Assembly: GCA_964057225.1 (NCBI GenBank)
Contig: OZ059897.1
Coordinates: forward strand, 8,866,001-8,930,000
DNA from: Auanema rhodensis
Taxonomy: Eukaryota > Animalia > Nematoda
Reading direction: 5' to 3'
Length of the DNA stretch: 64,000 nt
Shown: piece by piece, positions 39,880 to 53,179 of the stretch
How positions within the stretch are numbered: the first letter of the stretch is position 1
How the letters are laid out: the number at the start of each line of letters is the position of its first letter
Position numbers and translations under genes: made by a program
The notes under the pieces: generated by a model
What the model saw: only the letters and a program-made list of their open reading frames with translations
Told to the model about the DNA's origin: nothing
Databases searched by the model: none

Positions 39880-41898
39880 CCAGTAAGAAAAGGATTGAGT
39901 GAAGCCAAATGAATAAGGAAAATGAATACAGAGTGGATAAGAATTGAAAATAAAAATGTGGAGATATGAAGCCGAACAGATAGAAGAGCGGAAAGAAAAT
40001 AGAAAATTTTATATATATATATATAGTTAACATGTCATTCATAATAATATAAAGTTTCAAGTACCTTGATGGATGAGTTCAAATAGTTCTCTTTCCATCC
40101 ATCAATTTGGCCGGAAAAAAAAGATCTTACTCTTAAATTCGTTTCTGATACGGTCATTGAAAGTGACGAAATAGAACTGGTGTGAAGATCAATGACTTTT
40201 GGATTTGAAATAAGACTTGATCATCATTTCTCTTTCTATTCATGTATTTGATATTCACATTGAAAATGCTCGTTAAGAAAGTTGTTAATGTCCTAATGCT
40301 AAAGCTTCGATGCATCACTACTTTCTTTGAATTGCAAGCTCAAGCTCAAGCTCATGCTCAAGCTATTACGTGCATACAACGTGAGATTTCATACAAAGTA
40401 CAATAAAGATTTATTATTTTTCAAAAGTGGTATAGCACAAATCAGTTATCTCACTTGATTTAGCCATTTGAAATAAGTGTATATTACAAAAACTTCACGT
40501 ATTCTCACGCTGATCTCCAAAATATTCTAGATCTCACAGCTTCTTCTGTCTTTTCTTCTCTCTTAGACTTTTTGCTCAAAATATGAAAGAAAAGAAAAAC
40601 TGTTTGTCTTTTCGGTTGCATATGTGCATAAAGCGTATTTATATCAAGCTAACTATCTCTCATATAATATAACAATCTGGAGAATATAAGAAGTAATGTT
40701 CAATCCTCTCAATACGTATGTGGAGCAGCAACAGCATGCACATGAGCACATGTACAGCCTTAGCTGATTCAATGTTTCTGTTTTTCTTTTGCACCAATTA
40801 GATGTAACAAAGAAACTTTCCATATAGCTTTACAATATCCATTAGTTTGATCAGAATTTTAATCAAACACAGTATTCACATCCGTAATCAAACACAGTGC
40901 TCTCACGTTGTTGATTAGGTCTAGAAAAAGGAAACATGAAAACGAATATCTTTTTTCCATTTTCTTTTAAAAAAGAAAAAACAGAACAGAAAAGATTAAA
41001 TGTTCAAGAGTAGGCTGAAGATAATTCTTGCAACTTGCCAGATTTAAGCTTGAAAATTGGTAATATGATTAAGAGACCCGGAAATACGCTAAGTCTGTAG
41101 AAATTAAGAAGTTTCAGAATATCTCTTTGAAGACATCTATCTAAATATAAAGAAAAATCTAACAAAGATATAAATAGACACAATAGGTCTTTAAAATCCT
41201 TTGCGTAACATCCAACTTGCAAGAGCATCATGCATGTTCAAAGGATTATCATCATGCAAGAGCATGTTGAAAGAACTGCAGTACGAAAAAAAACGACGGA
41301 AACTATATGAAATGATGGAAGACAAGAAAAAAAATTAGAAGAAACAGATGAAATTTTTTAAAGGATGTTCAAACTTTTAAAAAGCATTTTTAAGTATTCA
41401 AGCGGTAGCATGTTCAGGTAAAGTTAAAGAGTTTCAATAGCATATGAAAAAGGATAAATGTGCTATCAATCATCATTTAGCTGGTCAATGAGCTCTTCTT
41501 CTCTTAAACTCTCTGAATAGAATAAAATCATCAGTTTTCCGGAAAAATTCGGAAATCAGTGGCCAGGAAGATCGATGATTAGTTCTTTATGATATATGAT
41601 GGGTTTCATTTCAATTTATTTAAGCCAATTCAATAATAATCAAAACATCTGTGTGTAGGAGTGCGTATAGTAGGGTGTGTAGTTCAAAGAAAGTAAAAAG
41701 AGATTAATTGAAAATGGATATGTACATTGAATATTCTGATTCTGCTTCTGATTTATTGTTTGCAAAATCTTTTTAGTATAATAATTTGAAAAATAAATAA
41801 GTTATATATATATATATATATAGCTAATTATACTATTTATATGCATATAATATATATTTATGTACAAAAATTCAACAGATCTTAATCAAAAGTACAAT

Positions 41899-41943
41899 AT
41901 GACGATGATGATGCTGCTGCTGCTGCTGCTGATGATGATCATG
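41899..41943. repeat. Compound (GAT)n/(GCT)n trinucleotide repeat
   Basis: gatgatgatgctgctgctgctgctgctgatgatgat. Confidence 0.85.
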
Positions 41944-42832
41944 CTATATGTGCATGTGAAAAGACAAAAAGCTTTTTTGAAAACTGAATTCATGAAAATA
42001 TGAAGAAATAAGTACTTTTAGTAGTTTATATAGATTTTATTGTATAATAGTTTGTACATAAACTATACTGAAAGAAAGCTGTTACATCATTGAAATTGAA
42101 ATTTCATAGAAAAAGTCTGAAGGATATGTGTCATATACTCATCTCTGGATATCTATTTATACTAACTATATACATATAGTTATCGTAATCTATTTCTTAA
42201 AATGCCAAAGATATGGAACTAAGTAATGGAACCAAAATATTCAATTTTCAATTGAAGAAAAGATAGTAGGCATGAAAGCTCGACTGGACTCGTTTAACAG
42301 TTGAAATAATAATTTGAACTTGAATTGAGTTAATGAGCCAGTTAGCAATACGCCAAATGGCTATTCGTCAGATGACCATTTATCTTAAGACTTATAAATG
42401 ACACTAAATTATATAATTTTAAGTAAATAGTTAGATAATCTTGGTAGAGAAAAAAATTTAGTAGATTTTATGCGAAAGCTGCTAAAATGACGACAATAGA
42501 GCTAAGCTCCAAATGAGAATCAAACAAGTAGCTTGAAATGAGGATCGAAAAATGTGCGATCAATCTTCTTTTCGAGTTCTAAGAATTTGAACCAAAAAAA
42601 AATAAAAGAGGAATTTACCTCCAAGAAGCAAAGAATATTTGTATAGATTTATGAGTTTTAAAATTCATGAAAAGCTAAAACAACATGGGGGGAAAATGAA
42701 ATGTTGTTAGAAGATGAATGTGTTGGTGTCAAAGAAGAAGAGAAATTCAAGTCAAAGGTATGCAGCATATGTGATAGAATTCTTGCAGAAGGAAAAAAGA
42801 TCTAGCGAGAGAGTGTGAGTCTGTGGAAAAGA

Positions 42833-42881
<49 letters not shown>

Positions 42882-44937
42882 AGTGACGGTGAAAACTGGA
42901 TATAAGGTTAGCTATTTCATTGCCTTTCCATTTTTTTTCCTTTTTTTGACTTTTTATCCTGCTCATTTTGTGCTCTCAAGGATAATAAAACCTGATCAAG
43001 CCTAAAATTAAGAAACAACATAATTGTATGAGACATGAGATGCTATGAAAGTAGAAAAACGATATACAAGGTGAAATGTATGGATGAATGAAACTTTTTC
43101 CAAGTCTATTTGATAATAAAAAAAGTTGAAAAAGAAAAATTGAGCAAAATTAAGATGAAATACCGAAAGAGATGAAAATGAGAATTGTATGAATTCCACA
43201 GATCAATACGAAAACCCAAGAAAACTGAAGAAGTTGTATATGTCGCAGCATTCTTCACGTGGAAGCCACACGTTGAGCTTGATTGTCATGTTCTTACGTC
43301 AAGCTCACTCTTACTACTCTATATTTAGAAAATTTGAAGGACAGAGAAGGAATAAGCTGAATAAATAGGAATATATATATATATATATATATAAGCTTTA
43401 CTAGATATCTTTAATTAGGAGAATGAAAGTAAAATTAAAATTTGTAAAAATGAAAAGAACATACGAATAGTTCATCAGTGAACTGAGCTTTATCGAAAAA
43501 CAGAAAAATGAGTATCTGAGTGGGCATCACTGAATTATTAACGAAATCAAACATTGTTTTGGATAATATGTAAAAGTCGAATATTAGATTTGGGATGCAG
43601 TGTGCATGAGGTCGAACCTCATATGTATGTGGTATGCTGACATCACAACACAACTAACTAACGCATCCCATCATCCATTTATATACATAGATAGAGATAT
43701 AAAAAGGGAAATAGAGCAGAGCAAAAGAGATACACATATACAGAGATTATAGACTTCGTTTCAAAAATCACGAAGAAATGAGAGTTCGTTATGCATGTGA
43801 CGTATTTCATGGATTATTCGTATAGTTAGTATACGAAATCTACATATTCAACTATGGAGCGAGTGCTCTTTCATAAACCAAAACGATAATAGTAAAAGCA
43901 AAACATGATACTCGAACTATGATTCAACATGGATTCAGAGAATGAAGCTTGAATAAAGCATGGTTTGTAGAAATTGAGAGTTCATTCTTTTTCAGCTTTG
44001 CAATCCGTCCGTCTGTTCGTGTGGTGCCTGTGAGTCTGAAGTTAACCGTAGACCTCCTCGATTAGAGGAAATGGGAGGAGCGTGACAGCTTCGAGAAGTG
44101 CGGGGGGGGGGGGAAGAGGTTGAGGAAGAGACTGAGATGAAGGAGTGGTGGGTGCAGTTGAAAGCGGGGGCGACTAGTAGAATTGAAGCTTTATATAAAG
44201 TCTTAATAAGGTGTATAAGATTCGAACAACCCATTACGTCATCTACAGAGGAAGCATGGATAAAAAAAAGTTGGGAATGAGATAATGTTAAGCAGAAGAT
44301 CGCTCATAAACGAATTTTCATTCGCATATCCTATATTTAATTTTCATTTTCTTTCACTTTGTCTCAATTTCTATACTTCTCTTACCGCTTCGTTTCACTT
44401 TTCATATGACGAAGCAAGAGCAAGCCTATGTAGTATCAGCCTCTTTAGTACGTATGAATGGTGGCAATTCTTAAATTAAAAGCCATTAATTTATATTTTG
44501 AGTCAAAAAAGACAAGATACTTCAGACGAATGGATGAATGAATGTTTACATAAAAGTTATGCATAAACACAAACACATACACATATACACATTCAAAATT
44601 AAGTTTCTATTATAGAATCTTATCAAAATTTTATATTTTTCTAGGGATAAATTACGTCATTGAAGTACCGATTAGATATTCAGCTATTAAAGTTTTAAAA
44701 TTGTTGTAATTGGACACAAATAATGGATAATGGGAGAGAAAATTAACAGGAAAGCTGAAATGAAACGTCAGCTAGGTTCAGGACCAGAGCCTCCATGTGC
44801 ATATACTTGCACAAGCTCAACTTGAACATTTCCTAACATTGAAAGTAAATTGTGTCTTATGTTTATGAGAAAAAAAAGTTGGAATTCAGAAAACTAAATG
44901 TCATTTGAAGGTGAAAATATAAATAAATTTCTATAAT

Positions 44938-44981
<44 letters not shown>

Positions 44982-45823
44982 TTTCTAAATATACTACTGA
45001 CTTCTCTTGCCTTTCAAATGTTTTTTTCTCATTATTGAAATGCTAACTATAAATACAATATGACAATGATGTCATATCATCTTTAAACTCGCCTTTAACA
45101 TTACGGGAGGGAGGGGGGGGGTGGAGGTCTATTAAGAGAGTTTATAGCTATAATGGATATTACTAAAGATAGAAAGATACAGAAAGAGAGAGAAAGAAAG
45201 AGAGAGGGAATGAGAGAGCACAAGTGAGAAAAAAGGAGAAAAAAGCTATTTCACCTGATGAATATCGTCATAAATGTCAAAGATCAAATACTTGACGCTC
45301 TTGAAATATTTTATTTCTTCGAATTCAAATCATTTTTGTTTTAATATTTTTTGAAGTCACAATAATCATTATTAGCTTATAATATGAATCAAAATGACGA
45401 TTAGATTTTGAGTTGTAACCTCGTGGGCGAAATATTTCAGATCTGATGGCAAGTCATTCGTGAACTGCTCGGAGACCAATAAACCTTCAGACGAACAGCC
45501 CACTGATGGCATAATGACTCCGACAGCTTGATATAAGCTGAATTTTGAACTTTTTGTGTTTAAATAGAAGTTCTGCTAAAATAACACTTAAGAGGGAACT
45601 ATGTATATAATAAGGTCGACTCTTTTCAAGCTCATTAAGCAAGCTGGAGTTTTTGAATTAAAGATCATAGCCCACAGTACTTGATGCTCTTATATCATTC
45701 ATTAAGTTGAACTTATTACGACATCATTATTTATTTAAAAAATAAATATTAAAAGAACATATAGATTATAATCGTTTAACATATGTTTATCTTTTATATT
45801 TTTAGTGCAAAATCCAAACTTCT

Positions 45824-45827
<4 letters not shown>

Positions 45828-45921
<94 letters not shown>

Positions 45922-45935
45922 CTCTCTCTCTCTCT
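45828..45935. repeat. (CT)n microsatellite
   Basis: Direct read. Confidence 0.97.
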
Positions 45936-48900
45936 CATCGAATTTTCATTATTATGGTTAGCATTACATTATATAATCAAGTTTTCAATTTTTATTACAA
46001 AGAAATGTTTTGTATAATTGCAAATAAAAGAATAAGTTATCTTTAACGTAATATAGGACATATGCTTGTTGCTTGTTTACAAAAAAAAAAGAATATATAA
46101 ATAGAAGTTATAATATTGTTTTTTTTTATATAAATATAATATATTATAACTAGATGATCTTTGATATTTCTCATAATAAAAATCCTTCTAATGTTAGTAA
46201 GTATTCAGAATATAAGGACGTCAAGAAAACAAGTACAGAATTCAAAAAAAAAAGGAAAAACTTATTTTTTTAATTTAATTCCAATGGGCACATCTTGGCT
46301 TCAACTGAGCTTCATTTCATAAATATAGTATATTCTATGAATAACTCCTTTTCAATCTCTTTCCCTCTCTCACTCTCCCTTTCTCAATCTTCATACTTTC
46401 AGTTCTTTTTTGTATTTTCCTCATCAAAATTGAAGTCCAAATTGAAGTTTATAGTTTTTTTATTTGAAAGAAATAGATAGGAATGCTATCAATGCATTAC
46501 AACACTCCAATAGACCGAGTTTATAAATCAAGCGGTAATATGAGAACTTCAAATTATTATATGGTATAGTTAACAGGAAATTCATATTTGAGAGGTTTTT
46601 TTTATAAAAGATACTTAATCTTTTGGAATAAATACAAAGTAAATTTTGAGCATTTTTTTCAGAAGACTATGATGAATTTCTTAAATTCTGATCAATTCTT
46701 GAGTGGTTGTGAGATGGAGAATAAGAAAAAATATATTATAATTCGATGTAAAGATGAGGAAAGGGTTTTTCTGATCCACAGACATGAATGGTAGCAAAAA
46801 CATTTGTTAGTTGAATAATGTTATCAGTAATATATTGAATAAAGAAAAAAAAATTCTTCTTTTACTTACAAGCAATGAGATTTGCAGCGAAATTGTTTTA
46901 AAACAAAATGAAATGTGCAACATATAGAGAGAAGAGAGAAGAGTAGAGGACACCCGCAATGGAGGTGGTGCATTTTGTGAAAAAAAAATGAAAAGAAATA
47001 ACAAATGAAATTGAAAAACAAGTTAAGGAGCTTGTGTTTATGTTAGATTACCATCCTACTGCTACTGCTCAACCATAAATGCTGGAAAGTGAGAAAGTCA
47101 GAGTGAAAGGAAGGGAAGGAGAGAGGATGAAGGAAGGAAAGTGAGTGATTGGAAGTGAAGAAGAAGTTGGAGAGAGAAGAGTGAATGAAAGTATCGGACT
47201 GTCAGAAACTGGGGGAAGAGTGAGCGAATGATATAAATAAGGAATACCTTATAAAGAAAAAAAACAGGGAAAAACAAGAATACTACAAAGAAGTTCTCTT
47301 GAAAAATGATTCAGATGACCGGACACACATATCATCAGGACACATCGAAGCTGACGTCAAACCGGAGATGATTCAATGTAATCTTTCCGTTTCAAATGAA
47401 TTAGTTTAATATTTAAAAATCAAAGAATATCATATGTTTTTTTTGGTTGTTGTGTCTTAAAGACGTAATTTAAAATATCCGAATAAGGGGAAAAAACTTG
47501 TAAAGTGTGAGATGGGTAGGTGTAGAAATGCCATCGTCGGCTCTAATTGAGTTCATCGTCAAGACATCTGCAGGACTAATTTGGTGTCAATTCATCAGAA
47601 ATATATTCTCATTTGAGAGCCTAAAATAAAAATAAAAATTTTCTTTTTATCATTTAAATATGCTATATAGTCTGATTGAAAATGAAATTATGGCATTTCA
47701 AGTTTTTTTTTAGTTTTCATTCATGCATAATACTGAGGTAACATCTATAATAAAAACAAAAAAAAGTGCTTCAATGCATCCATGTGTACACATATTTTCC
47801 TTCGTAATACCTAATCTCTTTCCAGATTTTGATGACAGAAAATGAGAATAATATTGAACTGCAAAAGCTTCCTTTCGGTGGGCTGCTAACGATAGGCTCT
47901 CGTCTTTCTGGACTTGTCATTCACATCTTATATTCTTTGCAACGGAATGAAATGAAGAGGAAATGGACACTACATTGCGAAGCTAAAAAATGATAAAGAT
48001 AGAGAGAGTGAGAGAGAGAGAGTGTGTGTGTGTATGAGAGAGAGAAAGAGAAAGAGAATAGGGGGGTTGGCAGAAAGAAGAAAGAGAGACGTATAGAATG
48101 AAGAGATAAGAAGAGACAGTAGGAACCAACCGTTCACGTACAGCACATGGGCAAGACAAGTGAATTTGACGGGAGTACACGTGAACCACGTGAAAAGAGA
48201 AAAAGAAATTTGAAAAGTTTAATCAGAGAAACATAGAGAGCAACAGCATAACATGGGAATTACATCAAGTAATGATACAATATATTTGAAAAGGGCAAAA
48301 TGTGAAGAAATGGTCAAAGTTCAAGTTGATTATGTTCTTAATTTTAACGAATAACGAGACTAATCGTTAAAAATATAAAGCTATAAAACTATATTACTAT
48401 ATATAATATAATATATATATATATATATTTATTTATTAGAAAAAATATATTTGTTTATAAACACTTAACAGTATATACTTTGGAATTTAAATTCATAAAT
48501 CTGTTTAGTGTGACGACGGTCAATCCCTATTCGGGATTAGAGAGTACGAATCCACCTACTAGCTAATCTGACGTCAATTTTGACAAGTTATTTGTATATA
48601 TAATGATGTATATATACTCTGAAATCTTAACGAACTAAAACTACAGCAAGACAGCTTGTTGGACACATTCTCTTCTCAACGAGAAAATGTAAGAAAAAGT
48701 GATGTTAACAATACCAAAACACAAAAAAAACACATCGGAAAGTTTGGAATGTGCTGCCGCAGCACACATATACCATATATTCAGTTAAGAAGACAAGGGC
48801 TTCTCCCACAATTTGAAAGAATTATCTGACAGATTTGGACAAATTGCCTCATATAAATCCAACAAAAACAGACTCGTTTAAATTTTAATAAGAGATAAAT

Positions 48901-49254
48901 TGAATGAAGTATTGTAAAAAGTAAAAAGACACATGCTCAATATCAATGTAATCTTCGAAGAGGCGGTAGAGAAAGGGTAGACGGATGACAAAACAACAAC
49001 TAAATTGATGACTATAGTCATTCAAGATTTGTCATTCTGTTTCCTTTTTTTAAGTAATTGAAGTGTAGTTCACACATCCATAAACGGATTGTAGTATCTC
49101 TCATAATAAAGGTCGAATTTATTTATTTTTCGCGATTACAGAAGCTCTCAACATGATGTTCACAAATATAACTTTTAGAGTGAAATTAGTTGAAGTATAA
49201 GAAGAGAAAGATGAATCATAGAGAGAGCAGGTTAAAGTAGGAAGAGGAGGTTGC

Positions 49255-49258
<4 letters not shown>

Positions 49259-49316
<58 letters not shown>
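49259..49316. repeat. (AG)n microsatellite
   Basis: Direct read. Confidence 0.96.
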
Positions 49317-49317
<1 letters not shown>

Positions 49318-52300
49318 ATGTGAATGATAGAAGACTGAAAATTCAAAAATTGATTAAAGAATAATAAATGTTGGAGAAAGAGTTAATGAAGAAAACTAGG
49401 TGAAAGTACGAGAAATGTTTAATTTATAATTTTTTTATCCGCTCAATCGAAGTCAATGAAGCACAATGAGAAAATAAAGTTAGTGAGCTCAGAATTTTTT
49501 ATTAGAATTGTCTTAATTGCTATAGAGTTGTCATTAAGAAAAAGAATGTAATATACTAGATAGATAGAAGAAATATATAGATACATATCCATCTCTATCT
49601 ATATGTGTATATGCATTTCTAATTTGAAAATGAGGAATAAAAGACTTTTCCGACTGTTTTTCGTCAGCTTTGATCTTGTCCTAATGCTGTTCAAACGTAA
49701 AGCTACTACTGAATGTCAAAAAGACGAATTAATGAAATATTATAAGTAACTTTTCTTATAGAATCATATTCACAATAAATAGTTCATTATTAATATAGTA
49801 CTATAGTAGTACTAGTAATAGTAATAGTAATAGATAGAAAAAGTGAATGGAAGAGAAGGATAAGAAGGGAAATATGCATGGTAGATGCCTAAATTTTCAA
49901 AAACATTGATTGATAAAAAAATTTTTTGACAAAAAGTTCATGAAAATATAATCAGTGCTGTGAATCTTCTTCTGGGAATCTGATTAAGATATGCATTAAT
50001 CCTTTGATTTCGCAAAATGAATTATTTATACTTTCTTCCTGTAATCTGAATTATAATTTTATGAAAAAAAATGAACACAGGATGAGAAGAAATTCAATAA
50101 TTAATTCAAATTCTACAGCATTTCAGCAGCTTTAAATATACAAAAGACACATATAGAAGATTATTATTATGTTATTGATTGGTTATTTTGCTATATTTCT
50201 CTTTGGTGAAAGAGTATTAAACGTTTTGCTCTGTGGGAGAAGAAATTAACCAAGTTGAATTGAAGGATGAGATCGTCGTCTTTGTCGCCTAGATGTCCTC
50301 TTCCTCATGTACTTATATTAGGCTTTTGTCATTTGACAACTTTGCATCACAGGTTTAGTCACAGGGTGTCTCTTTCTCTTCTGATGTCCATCCGCGAAGG
50401 AAGTCATCAAGATGTGAAGGTTGAAACAATTAGAACAAGCTTTAAAGCTACATGCAAGAGTTCTATATATGAGTTCTCTATCTCTTTCATCATTTATTTC
50501 ATCTGATAGTTCTTATTGGTACTAGTCACCTTATTAGAAAATTATAACGACGTTTATAAGAATATTTCATATGTTTCACATTTATTTTTATTTTTTAATT
50601 TTTTTTTTTGAAAAAAAAAACAAAAAATGCAGGAAAAAATAGAAGGAGATTGCAAAAGAAATAATCCATTCAAAACCGAATTTATATTGTTTTTATGGAG
50701 TTATTAAAATACAATCTTTTATTACATGTGAAATAAATAAATTATGTTCAAGCTCCATGTATACTATTCCAGAAAACTCAAGAGTACACTTTTTGTCTCC
50801 GTTTCCAAAAAAATACAACTGGAATATTGCTTGCAAAAGGTTAAGCTTCCAAGTATTCATTGAATTTTCCAGATCGTTAACGGAAAATCTTGTGCCTTCG
50901 TATCATTACTTCATGAAGAAGCTTGTAAGTTGTCAAAATGGCTCTCAGAGCAAGGAACTTATTTCATTTTAACGGAAGTGCACTAGCAGCCAGAACTGGA
51001 AGTGTTCACTAACCTATATAAAATTTTACCTTTTATTATACTTCAAAATGAATATTCAGGTGTGCAAACGGAAAAATAGAAATCTGACCTCAACTAGTAC
51101 GACTTATCTGGATGAGTGAAAGCGTAAATAAATATTATAATTCGTAAAATAAAATGAAAAAAAAAAGAAAAAATAGAGAAAAGACTACCGTGTATATACG
51201 AGTTAAACAATATTTGTTGGATGAGAAGGGATATGATTCATTTTCCAGAAATCGTGATATTCCTTAAGTGACACATAATATTCGGAAATTTTGATGGCCG
51301 TTCCAATTAAAAAAAATTTCTTGAAGCAATGGTTTTTAAAGAATCAAGGAAGAGTAATAAACTGAGTGTTGTTTTCAGGGCCAAAGCAATGAGCCATTTC
51401 TTCAAAAAAACAGAATTAAGCAAACTATGGGTCTACAAGAAGAAAAAGAAGCAAAAAAAATCTTTTTCAATGTTATGACGGTTAGTTTATAAAATTATTT
51501 AAACACATACTTGAAAGTACAATTATGCTCTAAATTTGAAGAAACAATTTTGAAGAATTCGTTTGGGCTAATCGATCTCAATCAGCTTTTGTTAAAACTT
51601 CACACAAAGTTTTTAAAGAGATTAAATTCGTGTAAACTAACTGTGATGTGAATTGTTATTGGTGTTAAGTTCTGTACTAATATAGAATTAGTAACATTCT
51701 TTCGTTAGTCAAGCAACATTATCTAATTTATTCAAGTTTTTGAAACAAGGGCAAAAATCTTCAAAGAAAAATTTGTTTTTCGTCAAAAAAAAAATAATTC
51801 AATTTACATAAACATAATTGATAATTTAATTATTGATATGAACTTTTATTTTTATTAAAGAAACTTTTTCATGAACAAAAATGTTCAAAAAAATGTTCAA
51901 AAATTCAAATGCAATTAGAATTAAATGAAAAAATAATAATAAAAGCTATAAAATAACGCTGAGGACATATCATTTTCTTAAATATTCTATTTCGTTGCAC
52001 TCATTAAATCTAAATATAACCTATATTTGTTGATATCATAATAAAAGAATGTTGAAAATATGTCCAAATATGCTCATACACAGTTTCCCTTTTGAAAGCG
52101 GAGGGCACACATAGTTCTAACTACAGTCATTAGCAATGGAAGCCCGACACTCCAAAATGGACAAATCCATATATCTCTTATCAAACTATAGAAAACAGTT
52201 TTTCAAAGAAAATTATTTCATAATCTTTCAATGTTTTTACTTGAAAACCATATAATTAATAATAACTATTTAAAAAATTAAAATGAAAATTTTTCCTGTA

Positions 52301-53179
52301 TTCTGTACATGCCGGACTTTCATTGCAAAAACTCATGACATGACTTCGACTAATGCAGAACTTCTGTAAAAGAAAACAAAAGTTTAACAATGGGTTTTGA
52401 TCGAAAAACTTTGTTTTCAAACATGGAGGGAAAATAACACTCTAGAATTTATATAATGATATCGTCGTTGTCAACAAGCATAGTACTATTTTCACGTAAA
52501 TATCAAGTGTGAGCATTTAAGACAAGTCGTAACGCCGGCACGGTTGTTTCCTTCAATGCAATTCAAAGAGTCAGGTTTAATTTGGTTTCTCTCATCATTT
52601 TGATAAAGTAGTAGTAAGTTTTTTTTAAATACATAATCCAAATTGATATTTTATTCTCCAAAACAATTCTATCATCTCTTTTTGAAAATACTCCCATGAT
52701 AGATAACTTTTAAGACTATTGTGCCCATTTTATATATTATCATACGTATCTAACAGTAGAGTGAATAAATTCATATTCATAGGTTCATATGAAGAATATT
52801 TACGATAACCCTAATAACACGAGTTCAAACTATTTTTTTTTCAAAGTCAAAGAGAGTTCAAAGTGAAGAGATGAAAAAATCCCAAATTAGGTTTTTGTGG
52901 AAATTCAAAACATTTTAAATTATTAGCTCATGTTTTGAGATGATTGTTAATCGCTACTGGCATAAACAATATCATATTGTTCCTTTGAAAAAAATCTAAA
53001 GCTGAGATGAAACAACAATTGATGTCCTTTAATTTTTTCAAGTCCGCAGTTTTTCCACTTTCAAAATCAACTATTCTAACAATATCTAGGAAAAAGCAAA
53101 AATTTTGAAATGACATTTACAAAGAGGAATTCACAGAAATTATGATATAAAAAGCCCTATATTTAAAACAATTTATAAA

